The translations under genes and the position numbers were made by a program. Positions 1-13,511 of a DNA stretch of 64,000 bases are shown here, one piece after another. The notes below the pieces were generated by a model. That model was not told where the DNA came from and did not search any database. It worked only from the letters and a program-made list of their open reading frames with translations. The stretch is from the human T2T-CHM13v2.0 reference genome, Homo sapiens. The first letter of the stretch is position 1; every line of letters starts with the position of its first letter. The DNA lies in assembly GCF_009914755.1 (NCBI RefSeq), contig NC_060932.1. One strand, written 5' to 3'.

Positions 1-395
1 TTTGAAATCTTATGAAATATATATGAAAGATATGTATGTGAAAGATATATATATTTCGTAAGATTTCAAAGATATATATTTCAGATATATATATTCATAT
101 GTATTTCATAGGATTTCAAAGATATGTATTTCAAATATATATTATATATACACATTATATAACATATTTATATATTTTATATACATTACATTTATACATA
201 CATTCATTATATTTCACATATTATGCTACTATATTATCTGACATATATATTTCATATATATTTCATACGATTTTAAAGATATGTATTTCAGATACCAAAC
301 ATATATATATATGTACACAGACTGCAAAACCATGACATATATTTCAAATATATATTTCTGATATATATACATATACTATATATGTACCTGTGTAC

Positions 396-427
<32 letters not shown>

Positions 428-470
428 GTCTGAAATACATATCTTTCATGTATATTTCATAAGATGAAAA
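1..470. repeat. (TA)n-rich low-complexity repeat with degenerate ~37 bp units in both orientations
   Basis: TA/TG runs. The unit atatttcataagatttcaaagatatgtatttcagata recurs near 51, 101 and 258, and its reverse complement is at 1-20. Confidence 0.85.
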
Positions 471-1179
471 AATTAAGTACCTAAGAAGGAAGGCCGCAAA
501 GCCTGTATCTCAAGTACATGTGTTTGTGTGATAACAAAAACTGAAGTCAAATTTCAATTCTTTTGAGATTTAACTGCAAAACTGATATGATAATGTCATC
601 TTCATTGTAAAGCTTTTTAATTGCTCCCAATATATGACTTTCTGTAGAATTCATTATGTCAGTCACCTTACCTAACAAGTGCATTGGAAAATGAGCTTTA
701 TGATGCGATATAAAATTCTAACTTCCTTTACAGTCTGGTTATTATCTTCTCTTTTCCATAAAAAATATACCATAAGAATATTTCAGGTAGTAAGAAAGTT
801 TTAATTAAATATATTTTTATAAATCATATAAAAATGATTTCACTTTGGATGAGACCTTCCTTCATCTTTTAATTTTATCATTGTATATTTAAAAATTAAA
901 ATACTATAAAAACTTTTAACTGATTCACTTTATAAAGACTTAAGAGAGAGGGTAACTTTCGTATTCCAGTTTATTTTATTTGATAATTTCAATATTTGTA
1001 TAGGTACCGTCCCAGGACAGAAGTGTTTTTTAATTGTAGGAAGAAAAGAAAGCTTTTTAAATATTTGTATTTGCCATGTTACACTAAAGTCAAAGATCTG
1101 TGGTTGATATACAAATGTGTATATATGTTAAAGATACTCAGTGTGTTAAATCATGTACCTCATTACAGAGAAGGAAAAG

Positions 1180-2560
1180 TGTCAAACACATGTTGTTCTG
1201 CTACTCCAAAAGAATTGGCCACTCTTGAGCCACATTAGGAAAGGAGCTGCCCTCTCCCAACCCTGTTCATGCTCTGACCCCAGAGGCATGGACAATCTAT
1301 GAGAACCCACGCTTCAGACTGGGTTCTGTGGCTGCAACTGGTCCACCCATGTCCAAGATGCTACAGATTTTGCCATAGCCATTTAGTTCACACTACAGAC
1401 CCAGAGCCACGCTTGTGTTGCATATTCCCAGGCTCTGGGCACTGGCTCAGCTGCCTTAGCGATCTAAACCCTGCCACAACCCTAAAGCTTCTCTGACTCT
1501 CTGCACACCAGTGCTCCCATTCTTGACTCCCCTGCTATGTTACAAGCATCTATACCTCATATACTAAGAGTAATACGGCACTAGGAGTGCCACTGCCCCA
1601 GGCACTGACATATACTGGTAGGCCTTGCCTTGATCACAGAGCCACTGAAACTCTGCACATGTCTGTGCTCTCAGAAAAAAGCATGCATGAACTTCACATG
1701 CAAGTTATATGAAAACAGACAGTCAGAGGAGAAAAAGAAAAAAAATGAATGAAGAAACATTACAGGATTTATGGATAGGTCAGTGTCAAAAGAGCAAACA
1801 GTTAAGTCATAGAAGTTAATAAAAAAGAAAAGGACAACAATGGTGTAAAAAGCTTAATTAAATAAATAATAGTAGAAACCTTTCCAAATCTTGGGAAATA
1901 TATAAATATCCAGTTACAGGAAAGTCAAAAGTCTCTAATCAGATTCAATCCAAATTAGACTCTACCAGAGCATGTTGTACTCAAACTCTCAGAAACCAAA
2001 GACAAAGAGAGGATCCTGAAAGAAACATGAGAAAAGAAGCATATCACCTATAAGGGAGTTTCAAGAAGTGTAGCCTTAGGTTTCTCAGCAGAAAATCTAT
2101 AGGCCAGGAGAGAGTGGGTTAAAGTATTCAAAATGCTGAAGGAAAAACATTATCAAACAAGGATAGTGTATCTGGGAAAGCTGTCCTTCAGAAATAAAGA
2201 GATGATGTCTTTCTCAGAAAGTTCCCCCAAAATATCCAAATGCGTTCTGTGAGTCCAGCATTACCCTTAAATCAAAGTATATTACCCTGAAATGCAAGAG
2301 ATCTATTGCATATTATGGTAACTACAGTTAATGACAATATATTATATATTGAAAATTGCTAGAAGACTAGATTAAATGTTCTCACCACAAAACAGTGATG
2401 AACATGTAATGCATATGTTAAATAGCTTAATTTATATATTCCCATTGTGTGTCTGTGTGTGTATGTGTGTTTTGAGATATGTATATATCTAAAAATATGT
2501 TGCACATTATAAATATGTTCAATTTTTACTTATTAATTAAAAATAAATTTTACAAAATTA
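1180..2560 (+). mobile_element. Old L1M-type LINE remnant (5' region/ORF1, small ORF2 piece, L1MA-like 3' end), heavily internally deleted
   Basis: ORF1-like sequence at 1780-2220 (aaagacaaagagaggatcctgaaag, ttctcagcagaaa...ggccaggagagagtgg). ORF2-like gagtccagcattaccc near 2250. L1MA 3'UTR-like tgaaaattgctagaagactag...ttctcaccacaaaa at 2350-2390. Confidence 0.7.
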
Positions 2561-2684
2561 TAAGGTAAAACTAAAATTACTTAATATTGCACCATGAAGT
2601 ATATTGAAATGTAAAATCCATTTTATTTTCTAATACTTTCTGTTTATATCAAATTAAAACAGCATAATATCTTATCATTTAAAA

Positions 2685-3432
2685 CACTCAACATCATTGA
2701 TCACTAGAGAAATGCAGATCAAAACCACAATGAGACACCATCTCACATCAGTCAGAATGGCTATTTTTAAAAAGTCAAAAAATAGCATGCTGGCAAAGTT
2801 GTGAAGAAAAAGGAATGTGTACACACTGTTGGTGGGAATGTAAATTAGTTCAGCCATTGTGGAAGACAGTGTGGTGATTCCTCGAAGATCTAAAGACAGA
2901 AATATTGAACTCAGCAGTCCCATTACTGGGTATATACCTGAAGGAATATAAATCATTCTTTTATAAAGACACATGCATGTGTATGTTAATTGCAGCCCTA
3001 TTCACAATAGTAAAGACATGGAATCAACCTAAATGCTCATCAGGGATAGACTGGTTAAAGAAAACGTGGTACATATACACCATGGAATACTCTGCAGCCA
3101 TAAATAAGAATAAGATCATGCCCTTTGCAGGGACATAGATGGAGCTGGAGGCCATTATCCTAAATGAATTAACACAGGAACAGAAAACCAAGTACCATAT
3201 GTTCTCACTTATAAGAGGGGGCTAAGTAATGAGAACACATGGACACACAGAAGGGAATAACACACACTAAAGTTTTTCGGAGGGTGGAGAGTGGGAGGAG
3301 AGAGATTAGGAAAAAATAACTAATGGGTACTAGGCTTAATACCATGGTGATGAAACAATCTGTAAAACAAACCCTAGTTTACCTATGTAACAAATCTTCA
3401 CTTGTACTCCTGAACTTAAAAGTTAAAAGAAA
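2685..3432 (+). mobile_element. L1PA 3' fragment (older L1PA, ~PA13-16-like), 5' truncated
   Basis: ORF2 C-terminal remnant (AVPLLGIYLKEYKSFFYKDTC), L1 3'UTR and A-rich tail. Confidence 0.9.
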
Positions 3433-4384
3433 GTCTAATTAAAATATTATATATATATATATATAAGCAACACAAAGGTGAATAACCCTAAATAATGCAT
3501 TGTTTTTGAAATTTAAGATGGCTTTAGATCTTTGTTTTTAAGAATACAAAAATAAAATGATTTAATTGCATAGTCAGCTACAATTAAAAAATAAATTTTG
3601 ACTTAATACCACCCTATGATTTTTTTGTGGGGTGAGGCATGAATTGAAATGAATTCAGAACATTGAGTGCCATTGTTATCATTGGAATTATTTAGTCCCC
3701 ATGTACTGATATACACAGATGAAGTTTCTAAACAATAACATCTACCAAAGACAAAAACTGAATAAATATTTTATTCTATCAATAAGTAATAGTCATCTAT
3801 AAACAATCTATCTCTTTAAGATATGCGTTTATAATGAAAATTTTGCATTTTAGCTTTAATACTTTTTTGTATCTATTATATTTTATGGTTTTTTATTCAA
3901 ACGTTTAAAAATGGTAATACTAATAACTCAATATAAAAGAAATTTTTAAAAAATAAAGTCGCATGATAAATACATTTTCATCCACTTACATATTTCTTTG
4001 TAAGTAAATATGATGGAAATCCCAAATCATATTTATCGTAATAAAAATATATTGATGAAAATATTATTTTAGTAAGTTATAGTGCTATTACTTTATATGA
4101 AGCACGTTATTGACAAACATCAATTTTAATCATATATCAGATGCTATATTTTTGCAGTAATATAAAGTTTTAATGGTATAATTTAGATATCAATTTGAAA
4201 GTTTTAAAAAACATTTTGCTTATATAAATAAACTGAAAATAACTAAAGATACCTATTTAATCAGCTATCTACTTTTAGTAGTGATAAAAAAAGCCAATGT
4301 TGATTTTTAATATTTTATTAATTGAAAGTTCTAAGAAATAAAAAATCATTACACTTTGTAGAAACTAGCTTAAAGGCAAAATTA

Positions 4385-4705
4385 AGTATGGCTGGGAAAG
4401 TTATTATTCATCAATGTCTACATGCTCTGTGACCTTTCCGAGTCTTGCAGTTTGTGTGGGAACCATATGACTAATTTTGAACTGTGAGAGTCACTTCAGG
4501 TCTGAAGCAGTTAAGAGCTGGGTTGCTTTTTACATTTCAATTTTCCCTTCTTCAGTAACCTTGGAGGCCAATTATGGACGGTAGAGCTTAATTTTGGAGG
4601 GGAACCTACAGCCTTATTAAACTTATCTGTGCAAGAAATAATATTTGTGGTAGAAAACAGCTTTGATTTTAGGGTATTTATTACAGCAGTGTACATTATT
4701 TTAAT
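4385..4705 (+). mobile_element. MLT1 (ERVL-MaLR) LTR remnant
   Basis: Resembles MLT1I/J: catatgactaattttg...gtcacttcaggtctgaagcagttaagagc and a 3' ttattacagcag end. Confidence 0.5.
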
Positions 4706-5319
4706 ACCAACAACCATATTTTGAAGTAAAATACCATCAAAGTAACAATCCAAATAGGAAACATTAACTTAGTGTTTGGACAGTGAGTAGCAAGAAAATG
4801 TCATTACAATCTGAAAAGATAAAAATCCATGTTATTGATGTGAAAGTATTTGGTAAGTGTATCATTTATTATAACTTTTAAGGCTTATGTGGAGCATGAT
4901 AAAATAAGAGTTCATGATAACTTGGCATATCGGGATATTTTAACCACAGCAACAGGGAGCCTCTACCGAAACAAATAACACTAAGGGAGGACCAATTTTG
5001 GTGTTGGTGCATATCAGAAACTCAGTTTTGGGTATACTAAGATTAAGGTGCTGTTTAAACAACCAGAGAAATAGATTGAAGAGATTCTTGGGTATGCAAA
5101 TCTAGATATCAAGGAGCAGATATGGCTAACAGTAACATCTGAAGCTGTCAACATATAAATGGAATTTAATACATAAAACTCAATAGGCTTACCAAGAGAG
5201 TTGTAGTGAGTATAGCTTTAAAAGTTTAAGGATTAAGCTCTAGAGTTTTCAAACATTTAGAGGATGGGATATGAAGAAGAATAAAGAATAAGCAGAAACA
5301 GTCAGTGTAGAAGAAGAAA

Positions 5320-5320
<1 letters not shown>

Positions 5321-5368
<48 letters not shown>

Positions 5369-5400
5369 ACAGACAGAGAGAGAGAAAGAGAGAGACAGAG
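5321..5400. repeat. (CA)n-(GA)n microsatellite
   Basis: Directly visible. Confidence 0.95.
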
Positions 5401-5589
5401 AAGATGAATGAGATCCTGAATGTTAAGTAAGGGTTTCAAGAGAAAGAATGTTCAGATCAATTTTGACAAATGCTGCTGATGACTGAACTAGAAACATGCT
5501 TATCATGAATAACCAGTGGATTTGACATGGGAACATTGAATATTGGTACCCTTGGTGATGAGCTAGGAGCAAAAGTCTGATTGCAATGG

Positions 5590-6457
5590 TGACGCGACTA
5601 CATTGACTGAGATAAATATCGGGTTCGTTGTCATGTGCCAGGAAAATTTAGGACAGGGACACACGCGAGGAGTTTAGGAGCAGAGGTTTAATAGGCAAAA
5701 GAAAGAGAAAAGGAAAACAGCTCTCTCTCCAGTGAGAGAGAGGGGACTTCTGAGAGGAGAAAACACAAGCCTGCAGTGGATGCCCTGGATTCTATTGTCA
5801 GGCTTGTGGAGGCAGTGTCTGATTTATGTAGAGCTCACAGATTGGTTCAATCACGTGTGATATTTACCTAGTGCTGGGGGAAGGCTGGTCACCCCACCCT
5901 AATCTTATTATGAAAATGAACTTTCCCCTTGGCCAGCGCCCTTGCCTGCTCCTTACTGTAAACATGGCTGGCAGAGAAGGGAAGATGGGCCGCCATTTTG
6001 AACATGATTGGCTCAACTGTCTATGTCTGCAGTTAAATTTTATAGGTTGCTCTTTATAGGAAAGGAAAATGATTTGGGGCTGCTTTTCATTAAAAGGAAA
6101 ACCTTACCTAGGACTTCTGTACCTTCACTATCTACCTAAGTAATTTTTTCTTTCTTTTTTTTTTTTTTTCCCCCAGAGGGAGTCTCAGTGGTACCATCTC
6201 GGCTCACTGCAATCTCCGCCTCCCAAGTTCAAGTGATTCTCCTGCCTCAGCCTACCAAGTATCTGGGATTACAGGGACCCACCAACACAACCGGCTAATA
6301 TTTGTATTTTTACTGGAGACAGTGTTTGCCATGTTGGCCAGGCTGGTCTCAAATTCCTGACCTCAGGTGATCCGCCCACCTTGGCCTCCCAAAGTGCTGG
6401 GATTACAGGCATGAGCTACTATGCCCAGGCAGTAATTTTTTCTTAACTCCTTTATCA
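5590..6457 (-). mobile_element. ERV1-class solo LTR (MER61-like), split by an Alu
   Basis: TG...CA ends. The minus strand begins tgataaaggagttaagaaaaaattact...taggtagatagtgaaggt...aaaagcagccccaaatcattttcc. Flanks atgg/gtgg are a near-TSD. Confidence 0.7.
6150..6430 (-). mobile_element. AluS (Sx/Sz-like) with a short internal deletion
   Basis: Alu sequence with poly-T. 14 bp TSD agtaattttttctt at 6139-6152 and 6431-6444. Confidence 0.95.
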
Positions 6458-6936
6458 GTGGTGTCCAAAATATAGAGATAGAGATATATAGGAGACAGTG
6501 TTATGAACCTACATTTTAATAATTGTTGCTATAAAAGTAACGAGAGAAAACGTATTTGAAGTTGAAAATTGGGACAAATAATTTCATATGTATTAATGCA
6601 GTAAAAATAGCAGTACATTTGTAGACTGGTGGGAATATTCCAGTAAAAAGAGAAAATTAGAAATGCATAAGAGAAGAAAAAATGCTGGAGCAGCTTCTAG
6701 CATAGCTTGAATCTCAAGTGTAAGGACTGGCCTTAGCTAGTTTATTGGGATGTATATAGTAACAGCAAAGGAGCGGAGGGAATGGACACAGATGAGGAGA
6801 GATTATATGGATTTCAAATTTATTTTCCTTTTTGAGCTTAAAAATAACTTAAATCCTTAAATATGTGACTCTGGAGTACTTGTAAATGTTTTCACACATT
6901 TTCCCCATGAAGAGGGCTGTTAAAGTAATTCACTGA

Positions 6937-7315
6937 GGCTGGGCATGTTGACTCATGCCTGTAATCCCAGGACTTTGGGAGGCCAAGGCAGGCAGATCAC
7001 TTGGGCCCAGTAGTTAGAGAGCAGCTTGGGCAACATAGGGAGACCCATCTCTACAAAAAATTAAAAATTAGCTGGGCATGTTGGTGTGTGCCTGTGGTAC
7101 TTTAATACCAACAACCATATTTTGAAGTAAAATACCATCAAAATGACAATCCAAATAGAAACATTAACTTAGTGTTGGGAAGCTGAGGCGGGAGGATCTC
7201 TTGAGCCTGGAGGCCAAGGCTGTAGTGAGCCCTGATTGTACCACTGCACTACAGCTTGGGTGACAGTGAGACCTTGTCTCAGAAAAAAAAGAAAAGGAAA
7301 AAAAAAGAGCAAAAG
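6937..7315 (+). mobile_element. AluJ carrying an ~80 bp non-Alu insertion (7101-7176)
   Basis: AluJ-type motifs (ggaggatctcttgagcc, gctgtagtgagccctgattg) and A tail. The right arm is interrupted. Confidence 0.95.
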
Positions 7316-8148
7316 AGTAAACCTAGGAACAAAGATGGAATTTATATCAAGAGATTTCAGTTAATCATGAAAAATGATGTTATAGTAATTAAAATTGATT
7401 TAGAATGCTATGTCTTTGGAAATACTTTAACAGTATACTTTAAAATAATATTTTGATTTGATAGCTCTAAACTTCCTTTCTACGTGGTAAAATCTGCCAT
7501 ACCTTTTTTACAGATGAAAAATATTTAATAATTTGACTATATTAACAGTTTTGTATGGACAATTGATGAGTGCTTCACTAAGCCTTGCGGGTTCCCTTAA
7601 TCCTTTCATCACTTTGTATGTATTCCCTTCATTAACAACTCTGTATTGAACCCTTTGGGTGTGCCAGCTGTTTTCTGTCAGGACATTGACTGTTACATAT
7701 GTTATCTCCTATTAAAGTCTCTAAGTTTTTACATCTTATTCTCCCTTCTTTCTCTGGCCTTTTCAATACCATGATATACTAATGAACTGAAAACATTGTT
7801 GAATTATGTATCTCCATAAACAGAATCTTAATCATCTGTGACATGACGTTGAGGCCTCTGAGACACAGGTAGTTTCTAGCTTGTAGAACAATAAATTCTA
7901 GCACTACAGCAACCCAATGGTATACTCTTCTCTGAATATTAAATGAGAGAACTGTTATCAAAGAAATTTTAATGAAAATTTGGATCTATGTTCCAGGGCC
8001 ACTTTGAATGTTTTCTTTGTGAAATGTAAGAATATAAAATAAATTAATACAATAAAATAAGAATATATTACTATGTACTAGTAATTAATTACTAATTAAT
8101 TCATTCTATGTTGAATATTATTATTCCCTAGATATATATGCTTAACAT

Positions 8149-8353
8149 CAAGCTTGTCCGACCTGCAGCCTGTGGGCCTCTTGCATCCCAAGACAGCTCT
8201 GAAAATGGCCCAACACAATTTGTATACTTTTGTAAAACATTATGATAATTTTTTTTTTTTTTTTTAGCTAATCAGCTATTGTTAGTGTTAGTATATTTTA
8301 TGTCTGGCTCTTCTTTCCTGTGACCCAGGGAAGCCAAAAGATTGGACACCACT
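8149..8353. mobile_element. MER30 (hAT-Charlie) DNA transposon
   Basis: caagcttgtcc...gcagcctgtgggcc start, central poly-T, and gcccagggaagccaaaagattggacacc-like end. Confidence 0.85.
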
Positions 8354-11300
8354 CCTTTACATAAAAGTATCAACTAGGTTATAATTTAGATCATATTTTA
8401 GTATTTAATCTGAAATTATTCCTATTTCTCTCCTCCTCCCCTTATAAAAAAGGATTTGATTTTTAAAATATTTTGATGTTTATCTACAAGGAATCAATAA
8501 TAATGAAGCACAGGAAAAAAATACCTGTGATTAAATTCTATAAAGGCTTATGTCAGATTGAGGGAGAATGATACTAAGAATTAAAATTTTGTTCCCTACT
8601 CTTCAATTCCAGTTCAGAACTTTCCCCTAATTAATTTTAATGAAAAGAATTTGAAGCAAAAGTTTGGCAATAATACTTCTTCTGTCTTTAAAGCAGAATA
8701 GCCACATTTAACTTAGGACCATACCCAACTCAGACTCATATTGTTTGTTTCTAAGTCATACATTCCAGAAATATAAACATAAAGAAAAAACAATAAGCAT
8801 AGAATAAAGATTTTTGTATGTTTTTCCTAACGTTGGAAGAATGGAATACTGTATTCCTAGTGATTGTGCTAATAAAATTAGTCATTCCAAGCCCTAGCAA
8901 CTTTAGATAGGTAGAAAAATATATACAATATATATATAGTGAAGAAAAATAAGAATAAATGAGCTAGAGAAAAAGTAATTGCCAGAAAGTTGGAGAAAAT
9001 AGAGGTTAACAGAGAAGAATAACAAAGTAATATCATAGGGAGTAGAAAGAATCGAGTGAATAAATCCAATGAAACCATAAATCAAGATCAACAAACCTTA
9101 CAGTGAAAAGGCTAAAGTGAAAAATAAGTCCCTTGCAGACAGAGCTTGTGAACAAGCTCTAAAATATCCTATGAACTTAGGCACTTTGGGTAATCTCTTA
9201 TGGGATCAAAAATAGCTGTCTAAATGTTGCTTTAGAAAAGAATGATTAAACCAAGAACAAGACAGAGAAATAGACTAACAGGAACCTCCAGAAGAATGAA
9301 CTAAATAGCTCCCAATCAAGATGGACCTAAAGGACACCAATCAAATAAATCTTCATATTATATTCTTTATTTAAAATACTAAAAATTATGTTAATACATA
9401 ATTGGATTAGGGAAATCTGGTTATGTATTATTCATATTTTATACATGACATGAGTTTGAAAAATGCCATCTTATGTACATTTCCAGTGAAAAATATATAA
9501 CAGTAGATAACAGTAGTATTGCAAAATTTCTGAAAACTGGGTGGACCCTGTCTTTTGCTCACTGTCTTAGTGCCCAGGAAGGAGTTTTCATTATCTAATA
9601 GAAGATTCTTACTGAAAACCTTAGTTACCTAACAATTTGAGAAAAGATAGTCATCAATTATATAATTACTCTGCAGGTAAGGAAAAGGGAAATTTAGAGT
9701 CCTCCTGTAAGTCAGAATGTTAACCCCACATTTCAGGGATACTAACTCCAAGAGGAATCAAATCAAAACATTTTTGGCACCAATACAATTCTCTTCTAAA
9801 CTTTTAATTATAAACAATGGTGAGTTTGATGTATTTGATAAATCCCAGTGTTCTCCAAAAATAAGTAATATGAGGATTTCTTTTAATTAAAAATATTATA
9901 GAACTCTGAGAATGTTTCTGAGGCTATATGAGATTATATGGATTCTATATCTCAGTTTCAGACAAACTGATCTAAGTTGAAATTGAACCTTTAAATAAAT
10001 TTTATTTGTAATAATCTTAGCATTGTAATATGACTAAACACAAAGCAATGTAAATATTTACCTTGCTTTTTTATCATGAAAAAATTATAATAAATAATGC
10101 TTATGTGTGCAACATATTCATTATACTAATTATATTAATTAGTCAATACAAAATTAGGAAACAGTCATGTAATATAGTCAAATCTAAAGCTATATAAATA
10201 AAGTTTGAAAATATAGTGGAGAGATAGGCATTATCCTCCTACATCATGAAATGAAAATACAAAATCACCATATAACTTCCCTGAGTAAAAAGTACATAAA
10301 ATGTCAATAAAATATATTTGGCAGAATGTGGACCACTTCAGGGCTGATCAAAAACAAACAAAAATTCAAAAACAAGCAAACAAAAACAAAAGAGAGCAAG
10401 CAAAAGCCATAAACATATTTGTAGAGCTCTTGCAAGTAATGTAGTAATGGTTTCTGAAAGAGGGGAATACCTTCTCTAGCTGCCACAGATCACAGCACAC
10501 ATAATGCATCCTCTACACTTATGCTCCTCTAGTTTTTTGTTTCTATTCAGATCTGTCTGCATGCTAACTATGGCAACTCAAATATCTCAATATGAATACA
10601 ATTATACTTCTCTATTGAAAATTAATAACATCCACCTTGAAGTGCATATTACTAGTTCTGGGATCATAGTTAGTATGACCGCACCCCTAAGAGAGTCATT
10701 CTCAATCTATGGGTAAACTATGCTTCTGTCTTGAAGACTGAGAGCCAGAACCTGAGAAGTGGTTAATTCTACAATGTCCTGCCAATTTTGAGGACTTCTT
10801 CCAGGCCACTCATCCCTCTCTCCTCCAGGCACTTTAGAATTGCTTTAATTTCAAAATGGTCCCAAATTTAAATAGTTACTGAAAGTCACAGAGAATTCAT
10901 GATGAAATATAGTTAAATTTGTTTTTATTATTTGCCTCTTTATTCCACTTCTTCATTTTCTATTTTCTTATTTTGTTATTCTCCCATTCGCTCTATATAC
11001 CCATTTTCTGTAAAACAATCATTTTAAACATATGCATTCAGTGATCTGCATTTGTCAGATTTGCATTTTATGTAATATTGTGGAGTGATTTTTATAATAC
11101 AGCATAGGATGAAATCTCATTCCTTTATGGATTTACAAATTGCTAACACTGCTATTTCTTCCCTGATAGCTATTGCAGAAATCTAATACATGCAGAGCTA
11201 GCAGACCAATCTGAAAATACCAACTATTATATGAAAGCAAACTTTGAGACATGGTTTTATTGAGAGAAATTCTTCTGCTCCATTAAATTATTCTTCAATA

Positions 11301-11518
11301 AAAAGTAATATTTGGCTTTCACACAAAACAAAATGAGATATATTTAATTCTGCCTAGCAAAGGTAGCAACATTGATCAGAGCATATTAGAAAACAACGGA
11401 GTATCTATTTAGCTGTAATTTGTAAGACAAATTCTCCTTTCATTTTCTGTTTTCTGTGAAGTCCACAAAAGAACCTTAGGACATTTAAAATACAATTCAT
11501 GAAATCTCAACAGATCAC

Positions 11519-13511
11519 TGCTATGATTAGGCTTTCTGTCTCCACCCAAATATCATCCTGAATTGTAAACCCCATAATCCTCATGTGTCTAGGGAGAAAC
11601 CAGATGGAGGTAATTGAATCATGGGGGCAGTTTCCTCCATGCTGTTTTTCTGTTTCCCATGCTATTCTCCTGTTTTCATGGTAGTAAGTGAGTTCTCACA
11701 AGACCTGATGGTTTTATAAGGAATTCTTCCTCCTTTGTTTGCCACTGTCTCTCACCTGCCACCAAGTAAGATGTGCCTCCTCCCCTTCCACCATGATTGT
11801 AAGTTTCCTGAGGCCTCCCCAGCCCTGTGGAACTGTGAGTCAATTAGACCCCTTTTCTTTATAAATTACCCAGCCTCAGGTATGTCTATATAGCAGTAGG
11901 AAAATGAACTAATACAGTAAATTGGTACCAGGAGTGGGGTACTGCTATAAAGATATCCAAAAATGTGAAAGCAACTTTGGAACTGGGTAACAGGCAGACA
12001 TTGGAACAGTTTAGAGGGCTCAGAAGAAGACAGGAAGATGTGGGAAAGTTTGGAACTTCCTAGATCCTTGTTCAATGTATTTAACTAAAATGTTGATAGT
12101 GATATGGACAATGAAATCTAGGCTGAGGTGGTAGTGATATGGACAATGATGTCTAGGCTGAGATGGTGTCAGATGGAGATGAGGAACTTGTTGGGAACTA
12201 GAACAAAGGTGAGTCTTGCTATACTTTTACAAAGAGACTAGTGGCTTTTTGCCCTTGACCTAGAGCTCTGTGGAACTTTTAACTTGAGAGAGATGATTTG
12301 GAGTATCTGGCAGAGGAAATTTCTAAGCAGCAAAGTGTTCAACATGTGACCTGGCTACTCTTAAAAGTGTTCAGTCTTATACCTTCACAAAGAGATGGTT
12401 TGGAATTGGAACTGATGTTTAAAAGGGAAGCAGAGCATAAAAGTTTGGAGAATTGGCAGCCTCACAATGCCATAAAAAAGAAAAACCCATTTTCTTTGGA
12501 GAACCCAAGCTAGCTGCAGAAATTTGCATTGGTAATGAGAAACCAAATGGTAATCACTAAGACAATAGAAAAAATGTTTCCGGGCCATGTCAGAGGGCTT
12601 CACAGCAGCCCCTCCCACGACAAGCCTAGAGGTTTAGGAGAACAAAATAGTCTCGTGGGCTAAGCCAAGGGCTTGCTGCTTCATGCAGTCTCAGAATTTC
12701 GTGCCCTGCATCGCAGCCATGGCTAAAAGGGGCCCACGTACAGCTCAGGCTGTTGTTTCAGAGGGTGCAAGGCCCACCCCTTGACAGGTTACATGTGGTG
12801 TTGGGCTTTCAGTTGCACAGAAGTCAATAATTGAGGTTTGGGAACCTCTGCCTCAATTTCAGAGGGTGTATGGAAATGCCTGGATGTTCAGGCACAAGTT
12901 TGCTGCAGGGGTGCCCTCCTCATGGAGAACCTCTGGGATAGCAGAGAAGAAGGAAAATGTGTGGTTGGAGACCCCATACAGAGTCCCCACTGGGGCACTG
13001 CCTAGTGGAGCTGTGAGAAAAAGGTCACTTGGACTTTTGAATTAATGTTGAAATGAGTTAAGACTTTGGGAAACTGTTGGAAAGGCATGACTATCTTTTG
13101 AAATGTGAGGATGTAAGATTTAGAAAGTGCCAGGGGTGGAATTATATGGTTAGGCTTTGTGTCCCCCACCCAAATCTCATATTGAGCTGTAATCCCTATA
13201 ATCCCCATGTGTCTAGGGAGAAACTAGGTAAAGGTAATTGAATACTGGGGGTGGGTTCCCCCATGCTGTTTTTGTGACAGTGAGTTTTCACAAGATCTGA
13301 TGGCTTTATAAGGGGCTCTTCCTCCTTCACTCGCCACTTTCTCCCGCCTGTCATCATGTAAGACCTGCCTCTTCCCCTTCTGCCATGATTGTTAAGTTTT
13401 CTGATGCTTCCTCAGTCCTGCAGAACTGTGAGTCAATTAAACCTTTTTTCCTTATAAATTACCCAGTCTCTTGGGTATATCTTTATAGGAGTAGGAAAAT
13501 GGACTAATACA
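11519..13511 (+). mobile_element. THE1D-like MaLR element: LTR (11519-11915), internal region, LTR (13142-13511)
   Basis: Two similar LTRs ending actaataca. The internal region starts gtaaattggtaccaggagtgggg and ends ccaggggtggaa. Perfect 5 bp TSD ATCAC at 11514-11518 and 13512-13516. Confidence 0.93.

Larger units (their letters stand above)
4960..6800 (-). mobile_element. L2 LINE remnant, interrupted by a microsatellite, an ERV1 LTR and an Alu
   Basis: gtcaacatataaatggaatttaa resembles the reverse complement of the L2 RT YADD region. The L2-like sequence resumes after 6458. Confidence 0.6.

Noticed and set aside
99-335. 78 aa Y/I-rich ORF
   Set aside because: Artefact of the (TA)n low-complexity repeat.
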